Of a stretch of DNA of 32,000 bases, positions 18,046 through 25,681 are shown one piece after another (positions within the stretch are counted from its first letter, which is position 1; the number at the start of each line of letters is the position of its first letter). The notes under the pieces are model-generated. The model was not told the origin of the DNA, did no database searches, and worked only from the letters and a program-made list of their open reading frames with translations. Source of the stretch: Ktedonobacterales bacterium (GTDB lineage Bacteria; Chloroflexota; Ktedonobacteria; Ktedonobacterales; JADMIN01); assembly GCA_030167145.1 (NCBI GenBank), contig CP126532.1, positions 1,200,001-1,232,000 on the forward strand. Reading direction: 5' to 3'. A program made the translations under genes and the position numbers.

Positions 18046-18066
18046 GGGGCGTCCGGCGGACGCCCC
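18046..18066. repeat. 21-nt palindromic hairpin repeat, family 1, copy 2
   Basis: GGGGCGTCCGGCGGACGCCCC, identical to 13820-13840. It lies 18 nt downstream of the ABC-2 permease stop on the minus strand. Confidence 0.85.
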
Positions 18067-18083
18067 CACGCAGGAGTGTGCGT

Positions 18084-19172
18084 CTATTCCCATTTGAAGA
18101 GGCGGGTGGCGATGAGGGTGCAGGCGATGGCCCAGCCCGCCAGCACAGCGAGGTCAATCCACATGGGGAAGTCGGGGACGCTGCCAATGGAGACCTGCCG
18201 CACGGCGTCCGCAAGGTAGGTCAGCGGCATGGCGCGGACGATGGGCGCGAGGAAGGCGGGCAGGAAGGCCAGCGGGAAGAAGATGCCGCTGAGGAACATC
18301 ATCGGGAAGTTGACGGCGGAGGAGATGCCGCTGGCGGATTCGACGGAGCGGGCGATGGCGGCGATGAGGTAGCCGATGGCGACGAAGGTGAGCGCGCCGA
18401 GCAGGACGAGTCCGGCCAGAGCGAGCATGTTGCCCTGAATCTGGACGTTGAACGCGGCGACGCTGAGGCCAACGATGAGCGCAGCCTGGACGAAGCCGAT
18501 GGTGAGACGGAAAAGGATCTGGCCGATCAGCAGTTGCCAGCGGGGAAGCGGGGTGGCGCCGAGGCGGCGCAGCACGCCCTCTTGCCGAAGCTGGACGAGC
18601 GGCGTGGCGGTGGCAAAGAGGCCAAGCTGCATGAGCGACATGGCCAGAATGCCCGGCATGAGGAAGTCTATGGAGCGCAGATTACGCGCGGTGACGCTAA
18701 TGGTGTTGAGGGCCAGTGGTGGGACCGCCTGGATGTGGGCCGCGTTGAACTCGCTCAGCACCTGCTGGACGATGCTCTGCTCGACGCCAGCATCGGTCTG
18801 ATTTTTGGAGGGGTCGTTGTACATCTGCACGGTAGCTGTGTGACCTGCTTGCACGGCGTCGCTGAGTCCTGCGGGGATGACGATGACCATGTCGCGGCGG
18901 CCTTGCCTGAGGTTGCTCAGTTCGTCACTTTCCGCGCCGGTCTTGACGGTGAATACCTTGAGGCTCTTAAAGGTGGATTCGAGTTGAGCGCCTACAGGAC
19001 CGTTATCTTCGTTGACGAGGCCGACGGTATAGTTCACGGAGCCACCGCCGGAGAAGATGGCGCCGAAGAGAATGATGAAGAGAATGGGGAACGCCAGCGT
19101 CCAGAACATGGCGGCGCGGTCGCGGATGAATTCCTTCATGTTGGCGCGGTAGAGGCTAAGAATGGTGGACAT
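18084..19172 (-). CDS. ABC-2 type transporter permease
   Basis: Six-TM ABC-2 pattern starting MSTILSLYRANMKEFIRDRAAMFWTLAFPILF. ATG 19172 has GGGAG 11 nt upstream. An in-frame ATG at 19235 (the ORF-track start) adds 21 non-conserved-looking residues and lacks an SD. Confidence 0.8.
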   Translation of the reverse strand: MSTILSLYRANMKEFIRDRAAMFWTLAFPILFIILFGAIFSGGGSVNYTVGLVNEDNGPVGAQLESTFKSLKVFTVKTGAESDELSNLRQGRRDMVIVIPAGLSDAVQAGHTATVQMYNDPSKNQTDAGVEQSIVQQVLSEFNAAHIQAVPPLALNTISVTARNLRSIDFLMPGILAMSLMQLGLFATATPLVQLRQEGVLRRLGATPLPRWQLLIGQILFRLTIGFVQAALIVGLSVAAFNVQIQGNMLALAGLVLLGALTFVAIGYLIAAIARSVESASGISSAVNFPMMFLSGIFFPLAFLPAFLAPIVRAMPLTYLADAVRQVSIGSVPDFPMWIDLAVLAGWAIACTLIATRLFKWE

Positions 19173-19252
19173 GGTGAAATGCACTCCCTGTGTATGGTGA
19201 CGGATAGACGAGCCGTCGGGACGACGGCGCGACATAGGTGTATGGTTGGCCG

Positions 19253-20179
19253 TTAGTCGCGCAGGGCGCGGCCAGTGAGCTTGAGGAAGACATCTTCGAG
19301 GGTGGCGTTGTGGATGTTGAGGTTGCGGAGTGTGCCACCGCCCGCAGGCTCGCGGTCGAGCAGCGCGGCCATGGTGCGGGGCACGTCGTTGCTGTAGAGC
19401 GTGATGGTGCCGTCTTCAGCGGCGGCGTGTGAGACGCCGGGGATGGTCTGATAGCCATCTACGTCGCCCGAACCCTGGAAGGAGATGGCAATCTCGTTGA
19501 AATAACGCTGCACCAGTTCAGCGGGCGAGCCGATCTCGATGATGTGGCCGTGGTCTACGATGGCGACGCGGTCGCAGAGTTGTTCGGCTTCTTCCATATA
19601 GTGCGTGGTGAGCAGGATGGTCTTGCCCTGCTGCTTGAGGCCGAGGACGGTATCCCAAAGCTGGCGGCGGGCCTGTGGGTCCATGCCGGTGGTCGGCTCG
19701 TCGAGGAAGACGATTTCGGGATCGTTGACGAGCGCAAGTGCGACACTGAGGCGCTGTTTCTGGCCGCCAGAAAGCTGCTTGCTACGGGTGTCTTTTTTCT
19801 CTTCCAGGTCTACGATACGGATCAGTTCGTCGGTGGTCAGCGTTTTGCGACCGGGGTAGAACTTGTGGAAGAGATCAAGGATTTCAGTGACAGTCAGGCG
19901 TGGGTAGAGCGAGGTGGTCTGAAGTTGGATGCCGATGCGCTCTTTGATGGCTTTGGCTTCGCGGGGCAGCTTGTAGCCCAGAATAGCGACGGAGCCGGAA
20001 TCAGCGGTGCGCAGCCCTTCGATCATCTCGATAGTGGTGGATTTGCCTGCGCCATTGGGGCCGAGCATGCCGAAGACTTCGCCCTGACTCACGGTGAGGC
20101 TGATACCGTCAACAGCTTTGGTCTGGCCGTAATATTTGCGGAGGTTTTCCGCGATGATGACGTTGTGTTCGCTCCCCAT
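19253..20179 (-). CDS. ABC transporter ATP-binding protein (DrrA/ABC-2 subfamily)
   Basis: Walker A GPNGAGKST, signature LSGGQKQRLSVA, Walker B IVFLDEPTTGMD and H-loop TTHYMEEA. Confidence 0.92.
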   Translation of the reverse strand: MGSEHNVIIAENLRKYYGQTKAVDGISLTVSQGEVFGMLGPNGAGKSTTIEMIEGLRTADSGSVAILGYKLPREAKAIKERIGIQLQTTSLYPRLTVTEILDLFHKFYPGRKTLTTDELIRIVDLEEKKDTRSKQLSGGQKQRLSVALALVNDPEIVFLDEPTTGMDPQARRQLWDTVLGLKQQGKTILLTTHYMEEAEQLCDRVAIVDHGHIIEIGSPAELVQRYFNEIAISFQGSGDVDGYQTIPGVSHAAAEDGTITLYSNDVPRTMAALLDREPAGGGTLRNLNIHNATLEDVFLKLTGRALRD

Positions 20180-20487
20180 GCTTCAATTGCTCCTATGCTT
20201 GTGCTGACAAGTGGTATTGACGCCGTAGAGGGTTGGTCTGCATGAAAGGGTAGCATCAGCGGGCAATGCACGGTAAGTATCGTTGGTCATTATCTTTTCT
20301 ACGATGGGTGGTGACGAAAGTCATCCGGCGCATGCGCACCGTCATGCTCTTGGTCATGAGCGTCCGCAGCACGGGTTGTCGGCGTCTCTGAGCCACGGAT
20401 GGCCGGAGCACACTTGCGGAGCATGCATGCCCAGGATACATATGCACGCGGGCGAAAATGCCGCTGATGACGCCCACGTTGGGTGGG

Positions 20488-21153
20488 CTATGTCCCTTGT
20501 TTGACGGAGCCGATGCCGCTGATGTTTTGCTTGACGCTGGCGGGATTGCCGTAATAGGTGACGTTGCCTGCGCCGCTGACGGTGGCATCGAGGGTGCCGC
20601 TGACAGTGACGGTGGCTTTGCCGACGCCGCTGAGGTGGACAGTGGCGTTCTGGCTGGTAAGATCGCGGGCGGAGTAGGAGCCAGCACCGGAGAGTGAGAC
20701 ATCCTGGCTTTGGGTAGTACCGGAGACGCTGATGTTGCCTGCGCCGCTCAGATTAATGGTGAGGGCGGTAGCGGTGATGCCGGTGGCAGTGACGTTGCCC
20801 GCGCCAGAGATGTCGAGAGCGTCAAGTGTTTTGACGGTGAGGTTGAAGATGACTGGTTTGGTGGGCTGAAAGGTCGTGCCCGATTGATAGCTAATCTCTA
20901 GCTTGTTATTGACAACCTGGGTGGTGATTAGTGGGAGGATGTTGTCTTCGGCGGTGATCGAAAGCGACTCGACGCCAGTCTGGGCGATGTTGAGCGCGCC
21001 AGCCCCGGAGAGCGCGACACCGCTGAAGCCGCTGACGTTGCGCGTTTCGGTCTTGACATTGCCAGAGCCGACGACGTTGCCGCAGGCGGCGAGCGAGACG
21101 GTGGCGCTGGCGAGCACAGCCAGCAGGACATAGGCGAATAGCTTGCGTGTCAT
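20488..21153 (-). CDS. lipoprotein with a DUF2807 / head-GIN beta-helix domain
   Basis: Signal peptide plus lipobox (LASATVSLAAC). Then GSGNVKTETRNVSGFSGVAL...DNILPLITTQVVNNKLEI and repeated SGAGN(V/I) rungs. ATG 21153 is preceded by AAGGAG. The TTG at 21189 (ORF track) is unlikely. Confidence 0.78.
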   Translation of the reverse strand: MTRKLFAYVLLAVLASATVSLAACGNVVGSGNVKTETRNVSGFSGVALSGAGALNIAQTGVESLSITAEDNILPLITTQVVNNKLEISYQSGTTFQPTKPVIFNLTVKTLDALDISGAGNVTATGITATALTINLSGAGNISVSGTTQSQDVSLSGAGSYSARDLTSQNATVHLSGVGKATVTVSGTLDATVSGAGNVTYYGNPASVKQNISGIGSVKQGT

Positions 21154-21269
21154 AGGGGTCGGATCTCCTTCGCGCCGGAGCGGTATCAAACGCGCTCTCT
21201 GTAGAATGCCAGCAGATAGGTTCCGCTACGTTCCGTGCTACGAGCAGGAGTGCGAAAAGGCTCACGCTA

Positions 21270-21770
21270 CTAGCGCAATGGGAACGCGGCGCCAGTGGAG
21301 CGCAGGTACTTCCAATAGAGACAGGCACGGGTCGCCAGAATCATGCCAAGCGAAAGGGTGAGCAGCGCAGCCGTGAGGGGGCCGGCGACGACGTTGGGGG
21401 CGCCAGCGGTGAGCAGGTGCGCGAGGATCTTCGCCACGAAAGCCACGAGCCAGAAGACGAGGTTGAAGACCGAAGCTTTGAGGATGACCTGGCCGGTCGC
21501 GGTATCCAGATGGAGGCGCATCGCCGCTCCGCGTGCCAGGCCAAGCACGCCACCGGCGAGAAGGCCCAGGAGGAGCGCGAGCAGCGTGCCACCACCTGCG
21601 AGCAGATCCTGCGCCAGGCTGGCATAGCTTAGGACGAGCATGACGACCGGCATGATCCAGAGCGCGGCGGGCTTCATCTGGCGGTCGCGGAGCTGGCGCA
21701 CGATGATCCAGACGATGAGCGCTACACCGATGAGATAGACGGTGAGGGTTTGTTGGGATGGTACAGGCAT
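21270..21770 (-). CDS. CcdC-like (DUF1453) membrane protein
   Basis: ATG 21770 is preceded by AAAGGAG. Pattern IIVRQLRDRQMKPAALWIMPVV, GQVILKASVFNLVFWLV and ATRACLYWKYL parallels B. subtilis CcdC as I recall it. The ORF-track N-terminal 46 aa are likely not translated. Confidence 0.65.
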   Translation of the reverse strand: MPVPSQQTLTVYLIGVALIVWIIVRQLRDRQMKPAALWIMPVVMLVLSYASLAQDLLAGGGTLLALLLGLLAGGVLGLARGAAMRLHLDTATGQVILKASVFNLVFWLVAFVAKILAHLLTAGAPNVVAGPLTAALLTLSLGMILATRACLYWKYLRSTGAAFPLR

Positions 21771-21871
21771 GGTAGTGATTTCTCCTTTGCAGGTTGGGGG
21801 AATGAATGTATCCATCGTGTCGCTGAAGGGAAGTTTAGCCGTGGACGGGCGCGAGGGCATCGCCCGCTGGT

Positions 21872-21911
21872 TTGATGTGGGGTTGATTTTGTGGGGGTGG
21901 AGGATCAACCC
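21872..21911. promoter_or_regulatory. cluster of TTGAT-containing repeats (candidate response-regulator operator)
   Basis: Direct repeats TTGAT-GTGGGG (21872-21882) and TTGAT-ttt-GTGGGGG (21883-21897). Plus an 8-bp inverted repeat GGGTTGAT (21880-21887) / ATCAACCC (21904-21911). They lie 100-140 nt upstream of the CcdC-like gene. Confidence 0.35.
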
Positions 21912-21940
21912 AGAGGTGGAGATTGGCGTGGGGGAACGGG

Positions 21941-22609
21941 CTAGGCGAGGCCGCGCTGACGAGCGAGGACGAGGGCGTGGGCGCGGTCGCGTGCACCAAG
22001 CTTGGCGAAGATGTGGTTGATGTGGGTTTTGACAGTTGCTTCGCTGACGGTGAGATCGGCGGCGATCTCGCTGTTGGCGCGCCCCTGGGCCATGAGGCGC
22101 AGCACATCGCGCTCGCGCTCGGTGAGGCCGGAGGTGTCTTCAGGTTGCTTTTTGGCGAATTCGTGTGTGGTGGATGGCAGACTGGCAAGCAGTTGCGCGG
22201 CGCTCTGGGCTTGCAAGAGCACCTGCCCACGTGCGACGCCGCGGACCGCCGCGACGATTTCTTCGGCGCTGGAATCTTTGAGGAGATAGCCCGCCGCGCC
22301 TGCGCGCAGCCCGTCGACGACCAGTTCAGGGGTATCGTAGGTGGTGAGCAAAACGACGCGGGTATCGGGGACGGCGCAGCAGATACGCTCGGTGGCGGCG
22401 ATGCCGTCGAGCAGGGGCATGCGGATATCCATCAGTAGCACGTCGGGGTGTTCCAGCGTAGCCAGGGATACGGCGGCTTCACCATCGGCGGCTTCACCAA
22501 CGACGATCAGGTCGGGAGCGGCTTCGAGGATGATACGTAGCCCTTCGCGTAGGAGCCGCTGGTCATCGGCCAGGGCGACACGGACGCGTGCATCGTTCGC
22601 ATCGTTCAT
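21941..22609 (-). CDS. NarL/FixJ-family response regulator (receiver plus LuxR-type HTH)
   Basis: [27 protein letters not shown], then [44 protein letters not shown]. Its ATG overlaps the kinase stop (ATGA at 22606-22609). Confidence 0.92.
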   Translation of the reverse strand: MNDANDARVRVALADDQRLLREGLRIILEAAPDLIVVGEAADGEAAVSLATLEHPDVLLMDIRMPLLDGIAATERICCAVPDTRVVLLTTYDTPELVVDGLRAGAAGYLLKDSSAEEIVAAVRGVARGQVLLQAQSAAQLLASLPSTTHEFAKKQPEDTSGLTERERDVLRLMAQGRANSEIAADLTVSEATVKTHINHIFAKLGARDRAHALVLARQRGLA

Positions 22610-23886
22610 GCGGCGCCCACTTTCTCTGGTGGCGACATCATAGACAGCGGCAGGCAGATGGTGACAGCGAATCCGCCCTCCGCGCGGGGACCGGCGACGA
22701 CGGATCCGCCAAGCGCCGTGGCGCGCTCACGCATGCCGCGCAGGCCATTGCCCGCACTGGCGGGTGGGATATCCAGCGAACACTGGCCATCGTCGCGGAC
22801 GGTGAGCGTGACCGATTCGCGCTGCCAGCGCAGTTCAGCGCGCACATGGTGGGCAGCGCCGTGGCGGTAGGCGTTGGTAAGGGTCTCGCGCAGTGCAAAG
22901 GCGAGCGCCTCGGTCTGTTTTTCGGTGGTGGCGTGCGGTTCGCCGATTTCCTCTAAGGCGCAGCTCACGCCGGTTCGCACACTGAAACGGTCAGCCAGCG
23001 ACGAGAGTTGCGAGCGCAGGTTCGCTGACGCATCGGTAGCTGGTGGCGCTTCGCGGAGGAGGCCGACGACCTGACGGCTTTCGGCAAGACTTTCTTTGAG
23101 TACCAGCGCCATGTCGTCGAGCATGGTGGCGGCGCGCTCTGGCTGCTGGCGCACAATCTGGCGGGCGGCTTGCACCTGAACGGAGAGCGTGGTGAGGGAG
23201 TGGGCCAGCACATCATGGATGTCGCGGGCGATACGGGCGCGCTCGCGGGCGGTGGCTAGCTCGCCGGTGCGGGCCATCTCGGCGCGCAGTTGCTCCTGGG
23301 TGGCACGCAGGCGCGCGATGACGAGGGAGCGGGCGCGCAGCGACCCGGCGATGGCGATAATAGCGCCCCAGGTTTCCAGCGTTCCCAGGAGGAAACCGGT
23401 ATTCGGCAGTGCGCTGGTGCGCAATAGTGCATGAAGTCCGTGGGTCCAGATGAGCGCCAACGTGATGGCAACGACGTAGGCGATAGCCCAGCGGATGGGC
23501 AGCCGTAGAATGGCGAGCGCGCCCACGGCATAGAGAATCACATCGCCCCAATTCGAGTCAATGAATTGATACACTATGAGGCCGAGGACGAGCGCTAGCG
23601 CGAGACTGGCGAGCGAGAGTGGCAATCGCTGCGTCGAACGCGCAAGCACAACTAAGCTCAATCCAGCAAGGAAGATCAGCATGGCAAGGATATTGTGACC
23701 GGTGGGCTGACGGGTCATGTTGATGATCGTCTGGATGATGAAGATACCGACCAACACTAATCCGAGCGCCATCACATAGTGCGCTGAGACAGACGCAAGC
23801 ATTTGTGGTTTGTCGCTGTTAGGCTGCGGCTGGGCGATGGTGCGCGGCGCATCGGAGATAGGTGCCACATTCTCTTCGCTTGCCAA
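22606..23886 (-). CDS. HisKA_3-family sensor histidine kinase, multi-TM intramembrane-sensing type
   Basis: H-box RIARDIHDVLAHSLTTLSVQ, HATPase LRETLTNAYRHG and DDGQ...GNGLRGMRERA. Five to six TM helices with no large external loop. The likely start is TTG 23886, 6 nt after AAAGGAGG (GGAGG 23893-23897). The ORF-track ATG 24162 would overlap the upstream disrupted gene. Confidence 0.85.
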   Translation of the reverse strand: MASEENVAPISDAPRTIAQPQPNSDKPQMLASVSAHYVMALGLVLVGIFIIQTIINMTRQPTGHNILAMLIFLAGLSLVVLARSTQRLPLSLASLALALVLGLIVYQFIDSNWGDVILYAVGALAILRLPIRWAIAYVVAITLALIWTHGLHALLRTSALPNTGFLLGTLETWGAIIAIAGSLRARSLVIARLRATQEQLRAEMARTGELATARERARIARDIHDVLAHSLTTLSVQVQAARQIVRQQPERAATMLDDMALVLKESLAESRQVVGLLREAPPATDASANLRSQLSSLADRFSVRTGVSCALEEIGEPHATTEKQTEALAFALRETLTNAYRHGAAHHVRAELRWQRESVTLTVRDDGQCSLDIPPASAGNGLRGMRERATALGGSVVAGPRAEGGFAVTICLPLSMMSPPEKVGAA

Positions 23887-24077
23887 TGATAGCCTCCTTT
23901 CTCGCGCTGGTGATGCGGGGACGCAACGCATACTCAGTAAATTGTAGCATGTGGATGGGTCAACAGGATGGAGGCGACAGATCGAACGTCGAGCAAAGGG
24001 AAAGCCAGGTCGGAGTTGGGAAGGACTCGTGTTTTCCGCTCTGGCCTGGCCTCTCTTGTGGGTTATGTGGCTTGTGA

Positions 24078-25049
24078 CTACTGCTGTTGTTGGCGGCGCG
24101 CGCCTCTGAGGAGCGTCCAGGCGTCTATCAGGATGACGATGATAAAGGCTATCGCCGTACATAGTAGGCCGTAGTACACGACATTGTTGATGCTGGGCGG
24201 TGCGCTGCGGGTGGGGTCGCTGGCCAGCACCACCTATTCACCAGCACGCAGCAGGTAGAGCAGAATGCCCAGCCCGGCAATATCCGTCGCCAGGCGTACC
24301 GCCCGGCGGAAGCGCAGCCACTCTGGGAGAACGAGGTTGACCACCGCCTGGGCGATGCTCACCGCGAGAATGAGCAGCGTGGGCAGGGCGATGTATTGCC
24401 AGACCGGCCCAAGCTGGTAGGCGTTCAGGGCTGGCCCGAAGAGCAGCGACGGTCGGTCGAATGCGAGCCACAGCCAGACGACGATCCCGACGATCTGCGC
24501 GATAGATTCCAGCCGGGGCACGCGCAGAGCGTTTCGTACAGCGGGTTGCCGTACAGGCGAACGGGGCACGCTCCACTACATGGTGGGCAGTTAGCGTTCC
24601 GCCGCCGCGAAGATGCCGGTGATCACGGCGAACTGAACGACAATCTGGAACGCGACTGAGGTCATTGCGTCACCGACGGTGCGCGGATTGCCGCTCACGG
24701 CGAACGCGACGAGCACCAGGGCGTATATGGCAAGCGAAATGCCCCTGATTACCAACAGCACGCGCACATAAAACGGGAACAGCACTGTGCCGATGAGTTC
24801 GCGACCGAAGACAACGCGCCCCTAGCTGGTCTGATAGCGGCTCGCGACGAGCATGGGGTGGCCATACCGCTGAAGGATAGTTATCTGTTCAGCTTCATCG
24901 AGCGGCCTGCCGAGTTCGGCTTCGTGGTCATCTGTTTGCGCTTGAAGATTCTCCAACAATTCGTTGATAATGTCGTCCTGCTGCGCCTATGGCGTGTTCT
25001 TGGGCAGGTACGTTCTGATGGCGTTCATGTACTGGTCAAGTACGTCCAC
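24078..25049 (-). pseudogene. PadR-associated membrane protein gene interrupted by five in-frame stop codons, with no frameshift
   Basis: GTG 25049 lies 6 nt after GGAGGA (25056-25061). A single frame runs to TAG 24078-24080. Internal stops are TAG 24987-24989, TAG 24822-24824, TAA 24591-24593, TAG 24576-24578 and TAG 24234-24236. The segments encode a helical N-terminal prefix (VDVLDQYMNAIRTYLPK..QQDDIINEL..AELGRPL..YGHPMLVASRY) and several TM helices. Confidence 0.75.
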
Positions 25050-25076
25050 AACGGTTCCTCCACGAGTTGATCCACT

Positions 25077-25433
25077 TCAGTTCTCAACGCTGGATGTACT
25101 GGGCGCACGGCCAATGATACGGTTGAGTGACGCATCCATGGAGCGCCATTCGTCGAGCAGTTGGGAGAGGATCACCTCACCCTCAGCCGAGAGATGATAG
25201 AATCGCTTGTTGCGTTTGTTTTCTTCGCGCCAGGCGCTCACGAGCAGACCCTGGCTCTCCAGCCGCCGCAACAGCGGATAAAGTGTGTTTTCTTCTATGT
25301 CCATGCCTTGGTCGGCCAGCGCCTTGCGCAGTGCATAGCCGTAATACTCTTCGCGCAACTGGGCCAGCACCGCGACGATCAGGCTGCCGCGCCGCAGTTC
25401 CAGGCGGAGGTTGTCCAGCAGCTCATCGTTCAT
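25077..25433 (-). CDS. PadR-family transcriptional regulator
   Basis: 118 aa: LRRGSLIVAVLAQLREEYYGYALRKAL...IEENTLYPLLRRLESQGLLVSAWREENKRNKRFYHLSAEG. ATG 25433 is preceded by GAGGA (25437-25441). The ORF-track 195-aa version is over-extended. Confidence 0.9.
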   Translation of the reverse strand: MNDELLDNLRLELRRGSLIVAVLAQLREEYYGYALRKALADQGMDIEENTLYPLLRRLESQGLLVSAWREENKRNKRFYHLSAEGEVILSQLLDEWRSMDASLNRIIGRAPSTSSVEN

Positions 25434-25443
25434 GTGTCCTCTG

Positions 25444-25472
25444 TACTGTGTGGCAAACAGTATGTTGCACAT
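25444..25472. promoter_or_regulatory. two adjacent palindromes just upstream of the padR SD (candidate PadR operator)
   Basis: TACTGT (25444-25449), 7-nt spacer, ACAGTA (25457-25462). This abuts ATGT-tgc-ACAT (25462-25472). Confidence 0.4.
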
Positions 25473-25681
25473 AGTGTATGGCCAACAGGAAATTTTGTTA
25501 AGGGTGATGTTCGCGCCACGAGGTTGGCTGGATTGAACGACGTAGATGAAGGGGAATAGAGGAGATAGCCGACGGTGTGGGTGGCGAGCGCGGACTATGA
25601 TCTGAATGGGAGCGGGATGCTCCGAACTGAGGACTTGCGCGGGATGCGCGCCAGGGGACAACAAGGGAAGGGAGCTGGGTT

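Noticed and set aside
18000-19256. 418-aa plus-strand ORF antisense to the ABC-2 permease
   Set aside because: Its Gly/Asp/Glu/Arg/Ala-rich composition has no motif. It fully overlaps a well-supported permease gene. Long stop-free antisense frames are expected in GC-rich DNA.
20283-20504. His-rich 73-aa plus-strand ORF (HPAHAHRHALGHERPQHG...) as a metal-binding peptide gene
   Set aside because: Third-position GC is clearly lower than in real genes here and no SD is present. The His codons are the reverse-strand image of the CATG palindromes. It is reported only as part of the spacer observation.
23941-23975. TTGACC and TACAAT hexamers upstream of the kinase as a sigma70 promoter
   Set aside because: The hexamers are only 11 nt apart, which is incompatible with a -35/-10 pair. 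TACAAT with its upstream TG (TGcTACAAT) could still be an extended -10 on its own, but I cannot support that from sequence alone.
23887-24162. N-terminal 92-aa extension of the histidine kinase ORF (ORF-track start 24162)
   Set aside because: The extension has no SD and looks non-protein-like. It overlaps the C-terminal TM segment of the upstream disrupted gene. A strong AAAGGAGG-N6-TTG start at 23886 sits just before the first TM helix.
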